This document shows positions 36,940-47,655 of a DNA stretch of 64,000 nt, in pieces. A program made the translations under genes and the position numbers. The stretch covers positions 25,172,001-25,236,000 of the forward strand of contig NC_135667.1 of assembly GCF_964188315.1 (NCBI RefSeq), in the 5' to 3' direction. The first letter of the stretch is position 1, and each line of letters begins with the position of its first letter. The DNA comes from Podarcis muralis (lineage: Eukaryota). A model generated the notes under the pieces. The model was not told the DNA's origin and searched no databases. It was given only the letters and a program-made list of their open reading frames with translations.

Positions 36940-37260
36940 GGGTTCCTGTCTTTAAAAATCAGGAAAGAAATGGTTGTATGGAAGAGGTGGATGAATTTGG
37001 GTATATTAACGTTATACCAACTGATAAGCAAAGAGGATGAATTTTATATATATTCCATCTTATGAGACAAATATAGAATACCTATAAATGCTCAATGGCA
37101 GTATCTCCAGATAAAAGACTTGCTAACCACCATCTACGGACTAGGAACTTTTACAGCCTCAGAGACCCCAGAGATGTTGAAGCAGCTGATTCATTCTTAA
37201 ACAACAACAACAAAACGACCATCAACCTATATAAATCTTTGTTATTAGCAAACTATTTGA
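36940..37260 (+). mobile_element. Old L1-clade fragment directly after the OR7 stop (paralogue at 55427-55770 after OR9)
   Basis: Homologous in reverse to 57524-57850; contains a (CAA)n expansion; absent after OR10. Confidence 0.6.
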
Positions 37261-38430
37261 TATATAGGTATTGCTGGATTAATGGAATAAAGAATTAGAG
37301 ATCTGGAAAACACAGTTTGGCAGTATCTACCTCTTACATATCCAAGGAAGTTAGTCTGTTCCACATACTTTATATGCACAGCAGAAGAAACCAGTATAGC
37401 CAAGGCAAAAACAGCTGCAATGGGCTTCTCACAGTGTTGATTTAAGCCCAAACCTCACTATCAGAAAACCTCTTTGTTCAGCATTCATCCTGATTTGTTT
37501 GTGGGGAGATTGGATTATGTCTGTTATCTACTGATAGTCCATTCTGATTACTTTACAAGGCAGATAGATGGTGTTGCATTGGGGCAAATGTTATCCTACA
37601 CTTCCCAGGGCATTTTCCCATCACTTTTCTTATTTGAAAAAGCCCAACTCTGGGGGACAAATGGAACCTTTCACTCTCTCACTTTTGTCTTTGCACCTGA
37701 CCTTGAACCCAAACCATGAAATGATCCACAAGAAATTTTGTTGTGAAAAGAGTGACATCACAAAAGACAAAGAGCATCATTTGCTTAATGGGGTTGCTAC
37801 AGGTATAGCAATTGTATATTTATTTATATATTTTATATGATACAAATGTTTACATACTTACTTACAATAAATGTAGCCCATGCCCATCTTTGCTTCTCAC
37901 ACTTTTGTCTGATTCACACATAGATAGAGATGTTTAGAGATGCTACCCTGCTGTTCTAAGTGGATATATGTTGTATCAGCTGTTGTATCAAAGATATCCA
38001 GAATGATATATTTCTTTAAAAATCATTTGATCAGAACAGAACTAACCCTAACCTTCATGGCACAGGACCTCCAGAGATGCATAGATATCAACCCCATGCC
38101 ACTCTAAGGTTTATGAAATTAATTCAGGTGAAAAGAATGATTGGTGGAGTGACAGCAGTTTGATTCAGAATATCTTGGAGCTTTTGCGTCTGAAGACTAA
38201 GAAGATCTCAGGGTGCTTGCTGTCTCCCTGGAGATCTGATGTAGGAGTCGTGAGCTTGGCTGTCAGAATCTTGAAGTCATATTGCTACCTATGCTTAGCC
38301 TATGTGCTCATGGGATCAAGTGTTGAAAAGCACCCTAGGGGCCATGCAGTCCAACTCCCTTCGCCCCAAAGCTTACATTATTATATACTTACAGATAAAT
38401 GAAAGAGTACGTGGAAGCTGTTTAGTAATA

Positions 38431-38687
38431 CAGTCATACCTCATGTTACGTTTGCTTAATGTTACGTTCTTTCAGGTTATGTCCTATGGCAACCCGGAAG
38501 TACTGGAAAGGGTTACTTTTGGGTTACGCCGCTCGCTCGCATGCACAGAAGTGCAAAATGACTTCACGCGCATGCGCAAAATCGGCAAATCGCAACCCGC
38601 ACATGCACAGACACGCAGCGGAGGGTTGCACTCTTTTCATGTTGCAAACGGGTCTCCGGCATGGATTCCATTCCCAAGGTACCACTG
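38431..38687. mobile_element. Tc1/pogo-type MITE (257 bp, unit B only)
   Basis: TA|cagtcatacctc...aggtaccactg|TA; empty site tagtaatactaataa at ~20080-20095. Confidence 0.8.
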
Positions 38688-38771
38688 TACTAATAATTTG
38701 TAATCCAGAATTAGGAAGGACCCTGTAGGCCATCCACCCAGACTCCTGACAGGTTGCAACATTAATATATA

Positions 38772-39455
38772 CCATATTTTTCGCCCTATAGGACACACTT
38801 TCCCCCCTCCAAAAATGAAGGGTAAACGTGTGTGCGTCCTATGGGGCGAATGCAGGCATTCGCTAAAGCCTGGAGAGCGAGAGGGGTCGGTGCGCACCGA
38901 CCCCTCTCGCTCTCCAGGCTTCAGGAAGCTATCCGCAATCCTTGCAAGCCCGGCGGGAGGTCCCACAGGTTCGCAAGGCTTGCGGGCAGCAGCCTGCAGC
39001 CCACAAGCTCAGGGGATAGTGGGGAGGTGGTGCGCCGCCACCCCGCTATTCCCCGACCTGATCTGAAGGCTGGCGGGGGGGGGAGAAGCAAGCTTACTTC
39101 TCCCCCCCCCCCGCCAGCCCCACAAGCTCGGGGGATAGCGGGGAGGCAGAGCGCCGCCACCCCGCTATTCCCGGACCTGATCTGGAGGCTGGCGGGGGGG
39201 AGAAGCAAGTTTGCTTCTCCCCATCGCCAGCCCCATAAGCTCGGGGGGCAGCGGGGCAAGCCGCTGCCCCACAGAGGCTAGAGATGCTGTCCCTGAAGGC
39301 AGAAGAGGGAGACGGAGCGCTCCGTCTCCCTCTTCTAGCTTGTGGATGGCTGTGCAAACCTGGGGGGGGGAAATAAATTTTTTTCCCTTGATTTCCCCCC
39401 CAAAAAACTAGGTGCATCCTATGGGCCGGTGCGTCCTATAGGGCGAAAAATACAG
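38772..39455. mobile_element. pogo/Tc2-type non-autonomous element (684 bp) with a GC-rich internal tandem repeat
   Basis: TA TSD; TIR ccatatttttcgccctataggac / gtcctatagggcgaaaaatacag; ~120-bp internal repeat present about 2.3 times; empty site at ~20165. Confidence 0.85.
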
Positions 39456-39624
39456 TAGTTTTTTGTGTGTGCTTTTCAAAGAAACAAGTCAAAATTACAA
39501 TGCAAGTGTAAAATTAAAATACTTCTTCCTTTCTCATGTAAGTTTCTGCAACACACAAATACATCAACCAATACATTTCCCCTCTCTGTCCATAGATAAA
39601 AAAACATTTTGTGAAGCTAATAAA

Positions 39625-39672
39625 ATGAATGTCAGTAATGAAGCTGCTCTATCCAAATTCATCCTTCTGGCA
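39625..39672 (+). pseudogene. OR 5' stub MNVSNEAALSKFILLA, paralogue of 20329
   Basis: Sixteen OR N-terminal codons followed by the same non-OR sequence as in unit A. Confidence 0.82.
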
Positions 39673-40109
39673 CCCTATCGCAGTGAACTCTACCTGCAGG
39701 GGGAAAAGGCCTAGTGTAAGATGGGTATAAAAACTGCACAGAACAACATTATGGGATTTAAAAATTGGCCACAACTTTGTTCATTCCAGATGTAGGTAGG
39801 CTTTGGCTGAAGCATTGGGCATATATCCATTCTCAGCCCCATGTTTGGGTCAAGGGGCTGAGACTTGAGCTGGGTCAAACTTGGAGTGGAAGGACCACCT
39901 CAAGGAATCCCTGCCTCCCTAGACATGAGTGTTACATTTGTGGAGCCTCCCAATCCTTTGTCAATTGCCCCAGAGGCTCATCATTCAAGGTATACCCATA
40001 TTTGTATTAAGGTCACCATTGTTCTTGATTTATGAAAAGACAGCTACTCCTGTTAACACAGAGAGTTCTCTCAAGGAAATGCCCTGCTTCTTTTCTTTTT
40101 GTAAATGCA

Positions 40110-40155
<46 letters not shown>

Positions 40156-41499
40156 CTTATAGAGGAACATACAATGAACACAAACATCAAGTATTCCTTA
40201 CAAAGTAATGCAACATTAGGTACAATTGTGGCTATACTATTCAAGATTATTATTTTTTTGAAACATACATGACGTTTCTGTATGATTTAGTTAAGATACA
40301 ATTGACTAGCTAAAGGTCTTTGAAAAACTTCTGGCAGTCTTGCCTTGGTGGAAAAGTCCTTGGGGTAGAAATCCCCAAAGGCATTATTGCATATATATAG
40401 AAGGAAATCGTGAAATCCACAAGCAACCCACAATGAATGCTACCAACAGGGAGAAGGCTCATCTCACAGGTAAGGAAATTTAGTGGGACACATCATTAGT
40501 TTGTATTGAAGAAATGCAATCAAAATGAATAAAGGTATGGCACCAGTTGTGATGTAGTCAAATATAGAATGACTCTCTACTGACCTCTAACATACTATGA
40601 ATTTTCATCTGTATGTAAATGAATGAGAACTCATTCGGAGCCAACAGCTCAACTGAAGTTAGTTGCAGTTAATACCTATTGATATTTATTTTAAGTCATG
40701 AATAACTTGACCCAGTGGTTTCAATTGACATATAAAGTGCAACCTTACAGATAACTACTTAGTCTATCTCAATGAGTTTAGTAATGCTCACTCAGAGACA
40801 ACTTTCTTCAGGTATGCAGCCATAGTGTGGCTCTGACACAAAGCATTTTAAAGGATAATGAAAAACAATTATTTAATAAAATGTCACACATTAGTGGTAA
40901 CCCATGGGATCTCACATTCTGAACTTTTGTCCACATCTGTTGTTGTTGTTGTGGTTTTTTTGTTGCATGTGTGTTTATCATCTTCTTTGTGTTTGGATTT
41001 CCACATATGGGAAAGCAAATATTTGCCCAATAGATTAGAATTAGTTTTTGTGTGCTGCAAATGAATTTGTCCATGTATTCTATATGTCCTTACATGATTG
41101 CTTAATTATAAGATAGCCAGAGGTTTGAAGCAGGCAACAGTAGATTGAAAAGAAATATGAAAAATCAGATTAGAAATCCCCTAAGAAGAGTTAACATATA
41201 ATATTTGACAATCCAACTAACCGTGCACTTCTTGAATTTCATCCTTTAAAAGCCATTGTGTATAAGAGAGAGTGCTTCTAAATGACATAGTGAATTTAAT
41301 TGATGGACTCAGTGGCTACCAGATTATACCGATGGTTTTCTTTAGGGTTTTCAGAAGAGGACATGTTAAATGTAGGTGTATTTAAACATCAATATACATA
41401 TGTCAGGGAGCCCAAGCCTAATTAGGATTTCCCATCTGTGAACACTCAAGTGTCTAAATATTTGGGTATGTTGTCAATGTTTGAACAATTGACACAGAA

Positions 41500-41795
41500 A
41501 GCACCTGGTTAGCTCAATTGGTTAGAGTCTGGTGCTGATAGCACCCTGGTTGCAGGTTTGATCTCTATATGTGACAGCTGCATATTCCTGCATTGCAGAA
41601 GAGGGGGTTGGACTAGATCAGCCTTTCTCAACCTGTGGGTTTCCAGATGTTGTTGAACTACAACTCTCATCACCCCTAGCTAGCAAGGCCGGAGCTCATG
41701 GATGATGGGAGTTGTAGTCCAACAACATCTGGGGACCCACAGGTTGAGAACCACTGAACTAGATGATCCTCAGTGGCTCCTTCCAATTCTGTAAT
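41500..41795 (+). mobile_element. Squam3-type tRNA SINE split by a hAT MITE
   Basis: A box ggttagctcaattggttagag, B box ggtttgatc, CR1-like tail ggactagatgatcctcag.ggctccttccaa. Confidence 0.75.
41619..41756. mobile_element. hAT-type palindromic MITE (138 bp)
   Basis: TIR cagcctttctcaacct / aggttgagaaccactg, 8-bp TSD gactagat/aactagat, long internal inverted symmetry. Confidence 0.85.
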
Positions 41796-42346
41796 GTGGC
41801 TTTCCACACCACACCCCATCAAAAGAAAATGTGAATAAAGAAATGTATATTAGGGGGAAATGTGCATAGAAATGCATATATTAATGAAAACAGCAAATGC
41901 AAATGTATTATATTAGGGAATGTTGCTTGCAGAAATTAGGAGGAATATGCAGATAAACAACTTTGAATTTTCATGTGATTTTTTTTTGTTTTTGTTTTTT
42001 TAATGCAAGCAGATGCAAAATTGTGGTGAACTGAACTGAAGGCTGGGGGGGGAAACAGAGAAAGAGAGTGGATAGGGAGAAGTTTGTCTCTCTCTGTCAA
42101 TTAAAAGTAGAAATGTGTGGAGACATGCAATCAAGCTGCAAGCTACAAGGTGTAGAACAGACAAATGCTAGTACCCCTTCAAAGGTAAACAACGGAATCC
42201 ATTGTTAAAAGAGACAGTGATTGTCAGCTAATTAAATGTAGAATCATAGCATTATGGAGTTGCGAGGGACCATTGAATGACTTTCAAGGAGTTTTAGACA
42301 AAGACTATCAGTTGCCCCTAGTTCTCCTTCCACTGTTTAAAGCAGT

Positions 42347-43306
42347 ATGCCTCTGAATGCTAGTCTCTTGGAATCAGATATAGAGGCAAAAAACCAATCA
42401 GAGCTTTCAGAATTCATCATCCTTGGCTTTAAAAATCTGCAGGAGGTACACTTCTTGCTGTTCAGTGGATTCTTGATCATCTATTTATTCACTGTGCTGT
42501 GGAATACCTTCATCATCACCATGGCCATAGTGGACCAAAGGCTCAGAACTCCCATGTATTTCTTCCTTGGAAACCTCTCCTGTCTTGACATCTGCTACAT
42601 CACTACCACCATCCCCCAAATGTTGGATCTCCTTCTGACAGAAAGTAGCACCATCTCCTACACAGGCTGTGTGCTCCAGCTGTTTTTCTTCTTCTCCTTT
42701 GTCGGCATTGAATGCCTTCTTTTGGCAGTAATGGCTTTTGACCGCTATGTAGCCATCTGCAACCCACTGCGCTATTCATTGATTATCAAAAGGAATGTTT
42801 GCCTGCAGCTGGCTACTGCCTCCTGGGTGGGTGGATTTCTCAACTCTGCCGTACACACCTATTTTGCCTTTCAGTTACCCTTCTGTGGAGACAACCGCCT
42901 AGATGCTTTCTATTGTGACATTCCACCATTGCTGAAATTGTCATGTGGGGACATTTCCCTCAACCAAAAGCTCTTGTTAACCATTGGGTTGTTCATAGCT
43001 TGGACACCGATGTTCTGTATCCTTCTCTCATATGTGTACATAATTTCAAGTGTTTTGAAAATACGATCAACAGAAGGGAGGCAAAAGGCTTTCTCTACCT
43101 GCTCTTCTCATCTAACAGTGGTTCTTCTGTTCTATGGTAGTTGCATCTTCACCTATTTGAGACCTGTTCCCACACAGTCATCGGTGAATACAAAGCTGAT
43201 CCCACTGATGTATAGCATATTGACTCCCTTGTTGAATCCCATTATATATACATTGCGCAACAAGGATGTGAAGAAAGCTTGGCTAAACATAATGGGGAAG
43301 ATGTGA
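42347..43306 (+). CDS. Olfactory receptor OR8, 319 aa, duplicate of OR5
   Basis: Nearly identical to OR5; the second Met is mutated to Ile (ATA). Confidence 0.95.
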   Translation: MPLNASLLESDIEAKNQSELSEFIILGFKNLQEVHFLLFSGFLIIYLFTVLWNTFIITMAIVDQRLRTPMYFFLGNLSCLDICYITTTIPQMLDLLLTESSTISYTGCVLQLFFFFSFVGIECLLLAVMAFDRYVAICNPLRYSLIIKRNVCLQLATASWVGGFLNSAVHTYFAFQLPFCGDNRLDAFYCDIPPLLKLSCGDISLNQKLLLTIGLFIAWTPMFCILLSYVYIISSVLKIRSTEGRQKAFSTCSSHLTVVLLFYGSCIFTYLRPVPTQSSVNTKLIPLMYSILTPLLNPIIYTLRNKDVKKAWLNIMGKM

Positions 43307-43964
43307 CTATTGTACACAACATATCGTTACAAGCTGTGTCTTAACAGTCAGAAATGAGATTAAATTCATATCATACTAATATACTCATTTATCTTATTTT
43401 TCAGCCACAAGTTTTTCAATGTACTATACAATTTTTTATCATAGCACATTTCTTAAGACAAATATCAAATCAATAGTTGTCAAATTTACCTGTGTTCTCC
43501 TCCATTCCAATGATTTTGTTGTTTCTCTGCATGTATGTATGTATGTATGTGTATATTAGACAAACACTTGTGTGGGCCCCTTCTCCTGAAATGGTGTGGA
43601 AGACAGTGATATTATTGTGATGTCTTCATTATATATTTATTTATACTATGTTTACATTTCCCCATCCTTCAGTATTTATGCATTCCTCTCGAGCATATTG
43701 AAATAATCTGGTTCCACTATGAGTCAATTGCAACCCACTTCAGTCTGTCCCTGACACAAAATGGGATTTGCCCTGCCTCTGCTATTTCTCCCCTGACCCT
43801 TCCAGCCAGCCCTCTTTCCTCCAAGACAAAAGTCCCTATTCTGGTGCAGAGAAAAATGCACGAGGTCCTGGAGGGCTCAGTTATTTCTCTAAGTGAAGTT
43901 CAAAGGGAACTTAAACGTTAAAGGAGAACAAATTAGGGACAAGCATGCCCTCTGAAATAGAATG

Positions 43965-44036
43965 TAAACTTGGAACATGTGCAGAGGAGTGCAACCAAGA
44001 TGACCAAGGGTCTGGAAACCAAGACTTATGAGGAAC
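43965..44036 (+). mobile_element. CR1 LINE fragment
   Basis: Translates KLEHVQRSATKMTKGLETKTYEE, the typical CR1 ORF2 C-terminal motif LERVQRRATK. Confidence 0.7.
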
Positions 44037-44390
44037 CAGGGGTGTTGTGGGGGGGGGGTGCCAGTGAGGCCATGGCCCTGGGTTAAGATTTTTGAGGGGA
44101 CATAAAGCAGTTGCCCCTGGCAGGTGCCCCTAGCATGGCCCAGCCCAGCGCTCCTCTCCCGGCATCAGAGGAACCAATGCTCATGGAGAGGAGCACCGGG
44201 CAGGGCTGTTCTCCCGTCTTTCAGTAACAGGAAGGATTTGAAGAGGCAAGCATGGTGAGAACTTCTGTGTAGGAGAAGTCACAGGGTGCTTGAATTTGCG
44301 CTGTTAGATACGTTTACTTGGGTTTGCTTTTGGGCATGGCCAGCTCAGAGCGCAAGTCTGGAGGGGGTGCCAGCTTCCTACCCACCAGAA

Positions 44391-44434
<44 letters not shown>

Positions 44435-44574
44435 ACTGCACCTCAGGAGCTACTATGTTTTGTCAATAAAGAAATAAACTATTAGCTGTTGGTCATTCTT
44501 AGGCTGTGTGTGCCTGAGGCACCAGACATGAAATTACCTATCCTGCTGCTTTAAGGATGAAGATGATGTTATGT

Positions 44575-44807
44575 AAAAAAAAAATTTTAAATGTCCAGTA
44601 GCACCTTAGAGACCAACTAAGTTTGTTCTTGGTATAAGCTTTCATGTGCATGCACACGTCTTCAGATACACTGATTCAAAAGTCACCAGACCCTTATATA
44701 TAGTCAATCACCCATCTCCTTCTATCCTCCTGAGAAAAGCCCCACCCCACCCTCCCACTATATATAAGGGTCTGGTGACTTTTGTTTCAGTGTATCTGAA
44801 GAAGTGT
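44575..44807. mobile_element. Penelope terminal (pLTR) fragment with inverted arms (unit B only)
   Basis: Reverse complement of the 50820-50905 terminus, plus a ~45-bp inverted repeat (44660-44704 and 44758-44801). Confidence 0.8.
44632..44669 (-). ncRNA. Minimal hammerhead ribozyme motif (Penelope family 1, variant)
   Basis: The minus strand reads GTAT-CTGAAGA-c-GTGTGCATGCACAT-GAAA-GC-TT-ATAC. Confidence 0.7.
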
Positions 44808-45064
44808 TGGTTGGTTGATTTAAATTAAGAGTGCTATATAAATGTACTAAATATATAAATAAATACAATCCTGGCTATCAAGTATTTTGCATTCATTAGT
44901 CATTTCAATGTACTCAAATGATAAACATACTACTACCTATAGCAATTCTTTCAGATAGAACACTACAAAAAAAGAAAGAAAAGAAAACCTTAGCCAATAC
45001 TAAGCAAGTGGTACACTCCTTCTGAAGGAGCAGGTACATAGCTTGGGCGTGGAGTGTCTTCTAT

Positions 45065-46110
45065 GAGCTTTGGCTGGTGGCCCAGCTATGTCCCTATCTG
45101 AACAGGGATAGCCTGACTTCTGTTGTCTATGCTCTGGTATCCTCTAGGTTGGATTACTCCACCACGTTATACGTGTGGCCATCTTTGAAGACAATTCAGA
45201 AGTTTCAGCTGGTGCAGAATTCGGAGGCCAGGGTGCTCACCAGGGCAAGACAGTTGGGGTATATTTCACCAATCCTAGCTCCACTGCACTGGCTGCCTGC
45301 CAAGGCTCTATCAAAGCTTCAGGGAATTATGATCCCTCCCCCGATGGCAGTCAAAAGGCAAATAACCGAAAGAGTTCTTACCATATAATTTATTCATTAT
45401 TCATAGAGAGAGACAAAGAATGCTGTCTTTACAACAATGGTGTTACTCCAACTGAGCTGCTCCCCCCTCTCTTCCTAGCAACAGCATTTCCCCTTAAGGT
45501 GGCTATCAGGGGCTAATTGTCTCTGAGTCCTTCATTCTTCTACTTTCAATGCACATTGAGTTCTGGGAGAAGGGGGGTCAGAAATGCTCTCCAGTGATAA
45601 TGTGTCAGCTGGCTGCTCTGGTTGTGTCACCCACTTCTCTTCTCCCAACACCCCCCAACTCTTCTGTTCACCTGTCTCTGAGCTGTGACCTTCCTCAAAC
45701 CACTGCTGTAATTCAATACTGCCTTCCTCTTCTCTGGAAGGTTCAGGGGAGAGCACGTCTCCATCATTCCTCCTCAGTCGAGTCCCTGACACTGCCAATT
45801 AGCTTCCGGGTCCAATTTAATGTGCTGCTTTTGACTTACAAAATCTTTAATGGCTCAGGACCGCAATACTTCGTGGACCACCTCTCCCCATATAAACCAT
45901 CCCAGACTCTGTGTTTTTCATCTGAGGCCCTTCTTCACGTGCCTCCTCCACGTGAAGCCTGGAGGGCGGCAACACAAGAACAGGCCTTTTCTGTAGTGAC
46001 TCCCTGTTTGTGAAATGCTCGCCCCAGGGATGTTCACCTAGCACCTTCATTATACATTATACATTTTTAGGTGCCAGCCAAAAATGTTCCTCTTCAACCA
46101 GGTCTTTGGC
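45065..46110 (+). mobile_element. Old L2 LINE 3' fragment split by an LTR (unit B)
   Basis: Paralogue of 27680-28800; LPISFRVQFNVLLLTYK...QAFSVVTP continues after 45792. Confidence 0.85.
45298..45791 (-). mobile_element. Solo LTR (494 bp) of the same family, reverse orientation, in the paralogous L2
   Basis: TG...CA termini, perfect 5-bp TSD ctgcc, AATAAA on the minus strand; the minus-strand start tgtcagggac matches 27960. Confidence 0.85.
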
Positions 46111-47655
46111 TGATAAATATTCTCCAGGGATAATGTTGATGAATAAAGGATGACTGTCACAAAACCCTGAGAGAAAGGTGAGACGATCATAAATAGCCAG
46201 GTGTCCACCACCACCAAAGGCCTGTCTTCTCTCTGTTATGGTCACTGTGGCAGCAGGAATGTAACAAATACATTGTCAGTTCAATAAGACTGCAAACCTA
46301 GTCCCACTTACCTGGGAATAAACCCTGTTGATTCTAACCAAACATTCTTCTGACTAGACAAATTTAGGATTGTGTTTTTATTCTAATATGAGGCTGTTTC
46401 TGGATAATTTGATAAAAACCCAGTTTTACTTCCAATTATTGATTTTATATGGTTGTTTTATTTTACTTTTTCCTCATCTATCCCCAGTCACAGCCAAAGC
46501 CGGCTGAGATCATGCATGTTAATCATCAGGTACGTTTATTAAAAGATTATTCTGTGCTATTTCAAGGCATGCCAATTAATTTTCACAATTGATCAGAATA
46601 GTTGCTGCTTTTTCTTTGGAAATAGGGTGGATTTCTCTTGGGTAGGAAATCCTCAAAAGCCTCCTTCATATTTGTGCCTATATAAGCAACAGTTGCTTCA
46701 CTGAAATTAATAAAATCTTCTAGGTTGAAATCCTTCTAGGTTGAAAAACCACACAGGCAACAAAAGCAGACTTTTCTGTACAACCCAATGAAATGGTTTC
46801 ATTGGACCATATGTAGTTTATTCATAGTGATAATATATCAGTCATTTTTTTTAATAGAACATTAGATAGAAAATGGCACCATCAAGAATGGCAGAATCTT
46901 CAAGTAGGTGATACTGAGGGAGAAGAGATGAATCAGCAGCCACAGTGATGTTATTATTTTGGATTTAGTCTTCAGGAAGTGGAGAGCTTCAACCACCCTC
47001 ACTACTGTGATATTTGCCTTCATCAAATTCTATTTCGTTCCTTGAAATTCCTCAGATGTTTCTTCAGATTTGCTTCAAAACATTGTGTTGTATGACTATG
47101 GTGACAACACAATTCAAGATCTTATCAAGGGTTCTATCAGTGAAGGTGAAGGGTTCTTCAGCTTGATTTCTAACTGGATGCCCAAGAAAGTTGAAAGGCA
47201 GGTGACATCTGCCGCAAATCTGTACTAACAACCTCCTGTATTGTTTCTTGTGGTTCTTGCACTGAGATATGAGGAACAATCCAGACAAAGTTCTGCTATT
47301 TTGCTGGAACATAATTTGCTTCCTTTCACTGTCTCGCAGAGCAGAAACTTCACAAACCATTTCAAAAATTAGTGCCAGTGCTAGAGCTTTGGAACCAGAG
47401 AGCATAGATGTGCTAGCAATGGTCTGTGTACGCAGTTTTCTAAGATGAATGATCTAATGGAGAATGTTTCATGGCTATTACAACTGGAGATCATACTGAA
47501 AATTATATTGGATCAGGGTTCCCAAGGTAAGATAGATTTGTATACTTAAAGTTATGCTTTAAGAAAAAGTCCTTTCAAACTTCTGCTCATTATGTTCAAA
47601 GGATAAAGTGTAGGGATTGCACGAGTTCCATATTTGCAACAGCCAGTTATTTCTC

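Larger units (their letters stand above)
19693..38035 (+). repeat. Segmental duplication unit A (OR stub, OR5, OR6, OR7)
   Basis: Starts aactaaccctaaccttcatggcacaggacc and ends aaaatcatttgatcag; colinear with 38036-56570. Confidence 0.93.

Noticed and set aside
38990-39260. Repeat array that could be mistaken for CRISPR
   Set aside because: Eukaryotic context, no unique spacers, and it lies inside a TIR element.
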